64,000 nt of DNA from Oikopleura dioica (lineage: Eukaryota > Animalia > Chordata): positions 8,804,001 through 8,868,000 of the forward strand of contig OU015569.1 in NCBI GenBank assembly GCA_907165135.1. Reading direction: 5' to 3'. Each line of letters starts with the position of its first letter. Position 1 is the first letter of the stretch. Position numbers and translations under genes: made by a program. The notes under the pieces were generated by a model. It did no database searches. It saw nothing but the letters and a program-made list of their open reading frames with translations, and was not told the DNA's origin. This document shows, one piece after another, positions 10,391 to 21,117 of the stretch.

Positions 10391-13300
10391 ATGAAGTTTT
10401 GGAGATTATTTTTATTCCACAGCGCAGCAGTTTATGTAAGTTTCGCCCTTCAATGAAATTCTTATCGTTTAATTTATTGTATGAAAGTTAGCGATATTCT
10501 GAATTGTTGCACATTTGTTTTCGCAGCGCGAAAACCAATAGAGATAATAGGAACATGGGATAGAAAGAAGACCCGATAAATAAACGAATATAATGGTCAC
10601 TAAACATTACCTAACCATAGAAAGCAAAAAAAAACATGTTCTTCTGGTGACAGTGGCTAGAGATGACCCGCTGCGCGCGAATAATTACCCACGTGATCCG
10701 GATTTATCGCGCAGCGTGAAGCACCGGAACTGGCGCCCATCTGTTTCTCGTTTTGAATCGATCCTGTCCTTTTACTTATCAAGGCATTTACTGTTGGTTT
10801 TATTATTGACAGGCCAGGTCAAGGTCGATCTTCGGAACAGGTGAGCTCCATGAGAGCGAATCTTTTATCGATTTTTAATCACAAATGACCTTTTTATTTC
10901 TCTCCGTCGAGATATTCCAGCGTTACTCCAAATTAGAAAACAGCCAGTTAAGAATTATAATAATGTTTAATCGATCAGCGGCGACGATTGTCACATGAGT
11001 TCTCATTACGATTCGTTTGTGAAGGTTAATTAACAAATCTTCTAAGGCGGAGTGGAAGTTCAATCGTTGGCAAATCACGGAGCCACGGTCCGGCTGGCAG
11101 GTCGATCGTCCCCGACTGAGCCCAGGCCGCCTCCAGACTGACCCGCGGAGGGATGACGTCGACTTCTCTCTCGGCGAGAACCCCTACTTCTCAGTCTCCA
11201 AAGATGGCGACGTATATTTGTCCGCGCCCATTGATCGCGAAGAAACTCCTTTTATCAGGTAAAGATGTATAATTATGAGCTCTATCGAACTTAATTGCTA
11301 GTCTGGAGATTTTTGCAAAAGACAAATCTGGGAGTGACGTAGAGCCTCCGTCCACGATTGAGATTTTTGTCGACGACATCAACGACAACGCGCCTATCTT
11401 TCCAGAGTCTTCTTACGAATTCAGCGTCCCAGAAATGTCTCCAAAAGGTATGTTTCTACGAGAAGAACTCAATTTTAAAAGTCAGTAATCCAGGGATTCC
11501 TTCTAAATTAGCTTAATTCAATAACAATCTAGCAACACTACACAGATGCCTGTTTACTGAGGCTTAAAACTAACTAAAGCCAAAATCAATCAAAGCCAAT
11601 TTTTCTGGCACTGTAGGTTTATATATCTATTTACAGATGCAAAGCGTCTCTCCAGGAGGGAATCCGAATTATTCAAATATAAATAATTTACTTTTCTTGG
11701 GGCGAGACAGAGGTCGGGTTTTGGAATGCATTGAAAGAGGGATGAAAGCTCGCTGCTGGAGGTTCTGAATTATCTACCCTACTGTATGTAGGCCATCGAT
11801 CACTTTTTACAAAAAGATCAAAGGGCGATGCCGCTGAGCCCGTCTCAAGCAGGATTTGTCAGCTCGTGTCTCCTTATTTTTAAAGCAGGAGATGGATCTA
11901 CCTTCCACCTCTTTATCCTTCTTTTTGGGCTAATGCTAATTCGCGCTCAAGCTTACAACTTTCCTAATCCAACCCAGAAACATTTTCCTGAAAAAGAACT
12001 ACTGAAAAAATATTATGTTAGACCGAGAAATTCGGATTCGTTTGATATTTGTGATGGAGATGGCGGATATTTGAGTACTTTCAACGGCGCAACGGAAGCC
12101 GTCCCATATTTACCCCGCATTCGGCATCTGCCTTTTCAAATTTGGAAATTTAAAACCGAGCAAAACTTTTGGCAGGAGCGGAAGATTTTCATGCAAAATG
12201 CAGATCTCCACAGTGATCAATGAATAATTCACGGTCTTTGCGCTCTAGATTCTACAATGGTCTATTAAAGTTTTCAATTATTTAGTTATAACATTCCTCC
12301 ACCGGGGTATTTGATTCAAACGATTGGTACATTTTGCTGCCTTTTTAAATTTTAAGATATTCAAAATTGTGTCCAGCCTGTAGATTATTTAAAAGATAAA
12401 ACTGAAAAGATATTTCACCGCGGGACAGTAAGTATGGGAGTACCAAGGTTGAAAGCATATGCTCGAAGTGTCACAATGGAGCGGCATATGTCACGTGACG
12501 AATTGATGCATGGCGATATACGTAGTCTTCATAAAAAAATCAGTGCCTGCATGTAGCGCAACAATAGCCCTCCGCTCGCCCTCCTCAATAAAGCATGGCT
12601 TGTTTTTAAGGAAAATTGCCCTGCAAAATTGATCGAGAACAAAGGACTCTGTGCATAAATCGGATAACAGTTAGCCGTCCCCCGTTTGACTGGACCTAGT
12701 AGCTTCCCGAAATGGAATATATTTAACATTATCAATATACGCTCGCTGGAAATTAATTAGAAATATGGCTTTTTAAATTTGAAGAGGGAAGTAAATGAAG
12801 TAACCACCACCGGCGACCTTAAAGCATCACAGCTCGCATAATATTTAGCCTTCAATTTGTGCACATTGTGCCCAAGGGGCCAATTGTTTTCCCCGTGATT
12901 ACAGCCTTAATTGGCCTCTTGTGGGAACATATTTTTGCCCATGACCACGGAAATGACTGAGTGAACTACTTTGCAGCGCTACTAAATTATGAGTTTAATA
13001 ATTTGCGTCCATATGGCCACTCGGAGCAATAGAATTTTTATGGGAACTAGTGAGCATATGGAGTAGTAAAATTTTATGAAGAAAGGGATGAATACCTCTG
13101 ATGAGCCGAACTAAGTGCGAAGGTGGCATATGCTCAGCAGGTTAGCAAAAATTAAAGACTTCCTTTGCGCAAGAAAAGCCTCTCGTAATCTCGCTCGCAA
13201 GCTGTCTTTTCATTTTGCTAAAAGGATGAAGCAAGCCTCGGAGCCTCTCAGCTTTTATTTTTTGCGTGCAAATATGGCCACCGTTTACGACAAATAAAAC

Positions 13301-16300
13301 TGAAACAACACCGCAATGAGCTTGTCAAAATTTGATAATGTCGCTGATTGAACCTGTTTCGCGTTATTTATTCGCGCGTCCTATAGATATGGCAATGTAT
13401 TTTCGTCTGTGTTAGTTTGTGTGCGCAGTTGTGTGATGGAAAAGAGACTCAAGGGAAAACTGGTCTCTGTCACTTTCATACTGCCTCGATTCATTTATAA
13501 GCACATAATTGAGCACTCTTGGAATAATTGGGAGAGGCTGACTTTTGAATTAAGGAACTCCCGTCGGAAAAGTAGTGGCCGAAGATGCCGATGCAAGCGA
13601 CGGCTATGGAACTGGGTACGGAGATATTGCTTACTTTTTGGACTCGCCCTTCTTCCGCATTGACAAGTACAACGGAAACATCTACGTGAAGAAGGAGAAT
13701 CTAAACAGAGAAGAAAGCACGGAATACACCGTCACCGTCACTGCCGTTGACGGCGGCGGGGTCTCCACCACGGGCGCCAATGAAGCTTCTGTGAAAGTGC
13801 TCGTTAAGATTACGGACATCAACGACAACGGTCCCAAGTTTTTACCTACTATAGATGAAATCTCCTTTCCAGAAGTACCCGAAGATCCACAACTTGGTAT
13901 AACAGTGATTGATGCGATTGATAAGTTACAAAAAAATTAAGGATTCGACGAATTTTGTTTCAAAGTGGAGGACTTAGACGTGGGAAAGAACGGCGACGTC
14001 GAGTTCAGAATCAACTCGCCTGGCGACAAGTTCTTTTATATCAAAGCTATCAAGGACACCTCGGCACCTGCTGAGAAGACGATAATCGATGCTTGCCTTG
14101 CACCAAAAGAGGGAAAATTAGACTATGAAACTCAGAATATTCATCAATTATCGATCGTTGCAAAAAACACTCGTCCACTGGTCTCATCCGCCGCTAAAGC
14201 CGGCATCATCCCTTCGGACAGCATCAATTTTACTGTGAAAGTGCTTAACGTTAATGAACCACCGCAATTCGAGGAAGACCTTTCAATATTTGAAATTTCG
14301 GAGAACGCAGATCCAGGTAGTGTTTTTTTCGCCAACAGTCATAATAATCGAGTTAAGGGACTCGTCTATGTCTTCGAAATGACGATAAAGCCGGCTGCAA
14401 AAGTGTTCTCAAAGCGGTTGATCCAGAAGGCGATGCTTTCGAGTACAAAATCGACCCGGAAGCAATCCGAAACAACTTTCCATTCAACATTGACGCAACT
14501 TCTGGACAGTTAACTCTCCAGTCAACGGTTGACCGCGAGTCCAAGTCCACCTGGGAGTTCGACGTTTTAGCCGTCAACACTGTTGATTTCGACGCTCTCA
14601 CGGTAATTAAGATTTCTTAAAATCAAACAATGATTGATAATAAGGGATTAGATTAATAGAATAGCAATCAATTTCTCGTAACAGGCGATTTTACGCGCGC
14701 CATCCATCAATCTTCTCTCGAAGGAAGAATATATTTTCGATGGGCATTTTGCCAATTAGAGACCACAGCTCTCCAAGGATCTGCTGCATAATTAATATTT
14801 TCAATGGACGGTAGATCTAACTAAACAGGCTGGCGTTTGAGGTAATAACCGCGAGCGCACTCCTTCTAGTCTGCGTGAAGTGACTGACGTTTCCTTCTCC
14901 TGCCTAATCGACTGAATAATTACACTCTGACTTGAGAAACCACCTTCAGACTTGTTCTTAATTAAGCAACTAAATCACCAATGACATTTATTTAACATAT
15001 TTATACCGTATTTTTTCTTCTCAGGACTTATAAGTCCGCAAAAGAATCGTTGAGATAATTTCGCCTAACAAAATTAATTTAGGGACGAACACGAGTGCGA
15101 GTGCTAATCAAAGATGTGGACGACATGCCACCGAACCCACAGGATAGTGTGATCTACTTTTGTCCTGGTGCAAGTCTCTCGCAGTGGCCGATAACCTTCA
15201 CCGACCCGGATGAGTCCACAGACAACTCTATTACCGCACAATTTGACGATGAACAAGAGTCTTCCTTTATTAAAGACATGCTCAAGAAGATGTCGCTCAA
15301 CACCGACGGGAATACACTCCAGCTCAAAAGCGATGAAAGTCCAGATGCCCAACTTCCATTCAACCTGAAAATCAAATTCGCTGACGTCAAGAAAAACACG
15401 AAGGTAAACATATTTGCTTGCCCAGATTTTCAACTTGCTTTTAGTCGATGTACTTCCAAGTCAAGTCTTGCCCAAGCTGCCAAAGTGAGAACGGCACTTG
15501 CATCGACGAGAAGAAACTCATCGCCCCAGCAAGTGTTCAGCCACAGCTTTGGCTTGCGATTCTTTTGGCTATTTGTTGCTCGCTTTTCGCTCTCATCTCT
15601 TTCTTGATCTGGAACCACAACAAGTCCCGAAAGCTCGGTTCTGAAGTGGCCTATCTTCCTGTGAGTTTAACTTTCGCGACAAGTGCCTTATCGAATATTT
15701 TAGTCGAATATCGATGATGTCCGCGAAAACGTGGTCATGTACGACAACGAAGCTGGAGAAGCGCCATGCACTGACTCTCAAATTGGGTATCAAACAGGTA
15801 CAATCTCTTATTTATATATATATAGAAAGTCTCTCGGGAAAGCCTGCTCTTCAGCGCAGTCTTAAATATATCGAGTGTCTAAATATGACACGTATTTGAA
15901 GGGCTCTTCTACATTTATTAATTCTTTATCAATCTTTCTAACTGATTCCTTTAGTCCCCCTAAACAAAGCCTCTCGTGATCCAGCAATCCAAGATTCAAG
16001 ACTTTGCCACACAATCGATCATCGCTTGAAGAACGCTTCTTCTACTGAAAATTTTACTGGCGCTCCTTGGGACTCACGTCTTCTCTACAAATACGAAGGA
16101 TCAAACTCGGTGCTCAATTCGCTCAGTTCACTCAACTCGCATCTCACCGAGCGCTCGCTTGATCTAAGGGTAAATTATAACCTCAACAAGAAATGTCAGC
16201 TAAATTTTAAATTTAGAACTTCGCCGAAGGAAACAAATTCGGTTTGGTCCGCCAGCTCTTCCACTCTTCCGTGCCTGGAAGTCTTCATCGAAACGTGACG

Positions 16301-16345
16301 ATCGAAATGGACTCCAACGAGAACTACCACGCCATGCTCCACTAG
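10391..16345 (+). CDS. Classical cadherin (signal peptide, 5 EC repeats, TM, catenin-binding tail), multi-exon
   Basis: Signal exon MKFWRLFLFHSAAVY|A then EWKFNRW. DRE/NRE/DYE, DINDNAPIF, DINDNGPKF, NVNEPPQF and DVDDMPP calcium motifs; Cys-containing EC5; TM LWLAILLAICCSLFALISFLIW; cytoplasmic DDVRENVVMYD and APWDSRLLYKYEGSNSVLNSLSSLNS; stop 16343-16345. Confidence 0.9.
12456..13132. promoter_or_regulatory. Cluster of CATATG E-boxes plus GTCACGTGAC in a 2.1-kb cadherin intron
   Basis: CATATG at 12456, 12485, 13010, 13055 and 13127; GTCACGTGAC at 12490-12499. Function is inferred only. Confidence 0.35.
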
Positions 16346-17479
16346 AAATGCCAATCAATCGTATTTATGTACAGTTTTGCAATTTGTAATTTTAAATTAT
16401 GAAAGTATTGATTCCTGTTCGACCCTATCTTTTAATTGTAAACTTTTCAATATTACTTCTCTTCATTCAACCCAATTTACCTCAATGAAAGAAATCAAAT
16501 AAAATATTTCAAAACATCTACTGACCATTGACCAAGTATGTTCATTTTCTGTGTTTTGGAAAATAGCATGAAAACAGAAATATGCAAAAAGTGAACAGAA
16601 GACAAGAAAATGTGCAATTCGGTTCGTCACCAGGGACGAAGCATAAAACGAAGAAAAATACGATCGAGGAAAATAGAAAATACGAAGGAGATCAGTTAAC
16701 CAATCTAGCAAGTTTTCTGACGCTTAACTTCTTTCGTTGATTCCTGGAAGGGTTTTCTTTTTCGGTGAATAAGAGTATATTCAATTTTGGCAGCGAGTAG
16801 TTCATTTATTGGGATGTCTGCGTATTTCCATTCACCAAAACGTTTCACCTCGTTGCGTTTTGTTTTTTCAAAATGTTTTACCATCGAAGCTTTGATATAC
16901 ATTGTAAATTATACAATATTAGAAAAATAAGAAAAAAAAATGAATTACAATCTTCAAAATTGCAATAAAGAATGTATTCCTCTTTTTTCTCCGTCTTCCC
17001 CTGAGTGATGATATTTCCCAGAGCATTCTGATTGAAGAAACGTTTATTCTTTGCGGCTTTGTTTTTGAAAAAGCCGCTTCGCGGCTTTTCATTTAAGATC
17101 TTTCGAACACTGTCTCAGGTTTTCTACACAGGTCGTCGAACCCAGATTGACATGCTATCGAATGCTTTTTGGGCTCCTGCGCAAGAAGTTGAAGACAACA
17201 ACGATTATTTGTTTTACTTGGTCTCTGTTTATTTTAAGCCAAGGCAGTAGGTGAAAATCGAGGAATGAAAGAGTAGGAATGTGAAAGTGAAATTTGGTGG
17301 GTGAGGGGTGATAGTTAGGTAGCGTGAATTTATATCTGATATCGCCGTTGCTCCTATCCTTTTCTTTGAAAAAGGCGTACAAGAGATCTTCGCGTACATC
17401 TCGTTCTTGAATGTCTTGAATTCTTCAAGGCCATCTATTATTTTCTTGTCCTCCTCCTAAAAACAACAGTGAAGATAAA

Positions 17480-17568
17480 GCGGGGTCCCCGCTCCGGGGA
17501 GCTAAGACTCGCCGGGATTATTACAACTCGCCGGGAGTCTGCATTATAAATCCCCGGCGAGTTGGAAT
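17480..17568. repeat. Short nested direct and inverted repeat cluster in an intron
   Basis: GCGGGG-T-CCCCGC palindrome at 17480; ACTCGCCGGGA twice (17507, 17526); inverted copy CCCCGGCGAGTTG at 17552-17564. Confidence 0.6.
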
Positions 17569-18104
17569 ACAAAAGTCATGAATGCAGGGCTTACCTGGGT
17601 AAAATTCCTTCCCTTCCTCCTTCGTCGAGCTGGAAGTTCCAGTGGAACTGCACGGCTTGACGCGCTAGTCTTTAAAAAAATTGAGTACTCTTTCATGATT
17701 TAAATTCTGTTACCTCAGAATCCTCAGAACATTCTTCACAAGCTTCATCCACTGGCTTTTCCACTATCTTCTCCTCCTCAACAACTGGACCGATTGCCTC
17801 GAGTCGGTTTTCCCCGAGTCCATGGAGAGTAGTGTCGAAGCGGTGAACTTTTGTCTCCGTTGGGTTTTCCTGAAAAAGTTTTAATAGGCTCGGAATCAAG
17901 TTTACTCTTACCTTCTATTCGCCATCGCTTTCAATAGCCATGGGCTCAAAGTTCTTGCACTTGGACTTGTCGGTTCTGGAAAGCTCGGCGACGATGGTAT
18001 CGCCGTTAGGGAGCTCTCGGACTTGAAGGAGCTTTGAGCTTGTTTCCGGCTTCAGCAGGTCCCGGATCTCTTCTTTGTACAATTCAAAGTAGCTGACCTG
18101 CAAG

Positions 18105-19673
18105 CTACTTTTGTACTTGTCTGCCATTGAGGCAATTCTGAAATTTCTTTACCGTCACACAAAGTCGCTGAATTGTATTCCTACCAGACCCTGAGTTGGT
18201 TTTCAAGGTTTTATGGTAAGATTCAATACAGTTATTTGTGAAAGTCGTCTCGTAAGTTGAAAGTTGTCCAAAGAGATTCCAGCCAGAAAAGTCCGAACGC
18301 TTCAAATACAGCGCTTCAAAATATTCAGTTAAAAATTTGCGGACTTTTGGCTGCAATTCCTTCGGAAACTTTGGAATCAACTTGCGAAACTGAGAAAGCG
18401 CAGTTTTCACATAGTCAGGGTTAATAAAAATCAATCCCTTCAGAAAACGAAAAAGCTTATTCAAAAATTTGCACTTGAAAAACTCCTTTCCGCAATATTT
18501 ATGAATATTCCTTTTCATGTTCTGAAGGAAATGAAACATACAGTTGATCACTGTCGAACCAAGAACCCGCTCAAACGCCAAAACCGCTGACGATTCAAAG
18601 TCGGTCATCACTCTTGACATAGAGAGTTCTCGGCCATAGTATGCCTTGAATTTCTCTTTGACAACAGTCAGGATCTCCTCGTAAATCGCCTGCGATTTTG
18701 CCGTAAGAAAAGCAAATACAACAGGAACATGTAAAAATTTTGCTGGATTTGCCGGGTCTTGAAGATAGACGCTTATCGTGTAAAGTTGTTTGATGGGTGC
18801 TAAGTTGCGACAGACATAAAAAGTTCCGTCGGCGTGAACCGGAGAACTTGGATGTCGTCGATACTTTTCACGACAAGCGTCATCTAACTTTTCTAAGTCA
18901 GATTCTAAAAAGAATAACTGATAATTTGTTACTCCCTTCGGTGTCTGTTGAAAAGCAACATTTACTTCAGGAAGCGACAAATCGGACTCAGAAAGGCTAG
19001 GTTCAAAATTTGGATCAACAATGGTCATGTTAGCGCAATGATCCGGAACAACATCAGATACAGTAAAACCACTCGATCTTTGTATTTTCTTCTTTGCTGA
19101 AAATCCTTCCTTTCGGAGGGAAATCCCAGCCTCAGGGCCCAACTTGTCATCAGAAATTACAAAGTTCGAATTGTCGTACTGTATCTCAGATTGATCCGAA
19201 TTTAAATTTACCGATACTTTGCCTACAGTACTTCGAAACTGGCGCTGGATGACGTGGTAACGTAAAGAAGCTTTGCAGTGTTCAGCGTGAGGCTTGATCG
19301 TGGTGACTTGGCCGTATTTGCTCGTTTCAAGTCGATCTGGATGTTCGTAGTTGAATTTGAAGACTGTTCTTTGTCGCTTGGCTTGTTCCTTCTTTTCGGA
19401 GTTGATGAGTTTTGGGTCGAGAATCAGCATCTTGGCAGTTCCTTTGCAGCGTTTTCCTTTGGAGTGAGCAGAAGAGCATTCGAGAATCGCAGCTTGTGAC
19501 GAGCATTCTCTTATATGCATGTGCCATCTCTTATCATGCCGTCCATATTGTAAATGGAAGTTTAGAGATGTTTTATGAACTCCTTCTGTGACAAAAAAGA
19601 GGGAAGGTTCATCAGGGGAGCCGGCATATCTTGGCACACTTTTTAGTTTTTCAACAGTTTCAGTGAAATCCAT
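18105..19673 (-). mobile_element. Mutator-like (MULE) transposase ORF, ~522 aa, inside a kinesin intron
   Basis: VHADGTFY (D), VMTDFES (D), NCMFHF (CxxH), TNNCIESYH (E); N-terminal C..C..H..C FLYWCH/WRKY-type zinc-finger spacing; no internal stops. No TIR or TSD found by eye. Confidence 0.85.
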
Positions 19674-20348
19674 TTTTCTCGCGTAATTTGGATTCGAATG
19701 ATATATATATGTCTTACCTTCTGCTGCCACCTAATTACATCCAGTTGTTTTGTCCGCACTTTGATGAAAATGATGAGAGAACTTCCGCTCTGAGATTACC
19801 CGCTTACACCTGGGACCCAGCTAATTTGCTAATCCTCATATCCTACCGCGCTTCCTACCGCGTTGCTTGCGAGTGCCTCAGCTGTTCGCCCCTCGAACCT
19901 CTCGCGCGCCCTTTTGGAACTCGCTCTGGGCTTGGCCTGGAAAACGTCTCTGATCCCGTTAGATTGATTGAAAGACGAGTAAAATTACCTTTCGAATAAG
20001 TCCTCGGCGACACGTGGGAGGATTCCATCGTGCTCTCGGTCGCGCTTTCCGAACTCTCCTCCCATCGTGTAGGTTTTGCCCGAACCAGTCTGTCCATAGG
20101 CGAAGACAGTCTGGTTGAACCCGTCGAGCAAGCTGGCGAGCATCGGTTCCACCGTTTGGTTGTAGATTTCCGTTTGCTCGACGGAATATCCAAATACTTT
20201 GTCGTAGATAAACTGGCTACCTCGACAGTCGATTTGCGGGCCCGCAGCGATAAGGCACTCTTGTGCCCCTAAAAAACCGATGAAGAAAAATATCTTTTTT
20301 TTATGATAAATTGAAAGCTCTTTTGCCTCTCCCTCTCTTAGGTTGTAG

Positions 20349-21117
20349 GCGGTAACGTGGGATTTTAATCCTGTGCACACTCAAGTGCCTGATGTGGGAT
20401 TTTTAATCCCACGTTCATGATTTCGTCGACGTGGGATTTTAAAATCCCACATCGAGCACTCTGGTGGACGTGGGATTGAAAATCCCACATGACCGCATTT
20501 CAGGGGGTCGATTGACGTGGGATTTTTTCTGCTCAAAATTCAATGACACAAACAACTCTAGAACAAAATAAGACAAAAAACTGCAGGACTAGGTACGCGA
20601 CGGGCCAAAAATTAGCTTGTTTTCAGGGGTTTATCTTTCATACCTGCATGCCTAACTTAGGCGGCCTAAGTTATGTAGTGTAAAATCAGGGATTTGTATG
20701 TGCTCCGCGCTTGATTTGAAAGAGAAACTCATCTTTGAGGTTAAAATCTTTCTCTACAATCGCGCATCCAGTCAAAACAGTTCGCTTTACGGTAACTATT
20801 TTTGTTCTACATCAAGTTACTTATTTGTGGCGCAAAACATCCAGATTTACGTCCGACTTGATGGAAAACCCCCGGGAGACGGAATAATTGCAAAAATATT
20901 CTAGATAGATGACTATTGTTATCGTTAATTTGAGATAAAAAAATCCCACGTCAATTGACCCCCTGAAATGCGGTCATGTGGGATTTTCAATCCCACGTCC
21001 ACCAGAGTGCTCGATGTGGGATTTTAAAATCCCACGTCTGTGAAATTAACAACGTGGGATTAAAAATCCCATATCAGGCACTTGAGTGTGCACAGGATTA
21101 AAATCCCACGTTACCGC
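20349..21117. mobile_element. Non-autonomous TIR element (MITE-like, 769 bp) with ~180-bp TIRs built from palindromic subrepeats; probable TA target duplication
   Basis: Left arm GCGGTAACGTGGGATTTTAATCCTGTGCACACTCAAGTGCCTGAT... (20349 to ~20528) is the reverse complement of the right arm (~20939-21117). Repeated GTGGGATT-w-AATCCCAC units. Flanks read TA-G|element|A-TA. Lies in kinesin intron 20269-21135. Confidence 0.85.

Noticed and set aside
19740-19989. TIR and TSD for the MULE
   Set aside because: No inverted match to this segment found by eye on the other side of the ORF, so element boundaries are not claimed.
20349-21117. Palindromic repeats with unique spacers resembling a CRISPR array
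   Set aside because: The units are mirrored as two inverted arms inside a eukaryotic intron, spacer lengths vary, and there are no cas genes. This is a TIR element.
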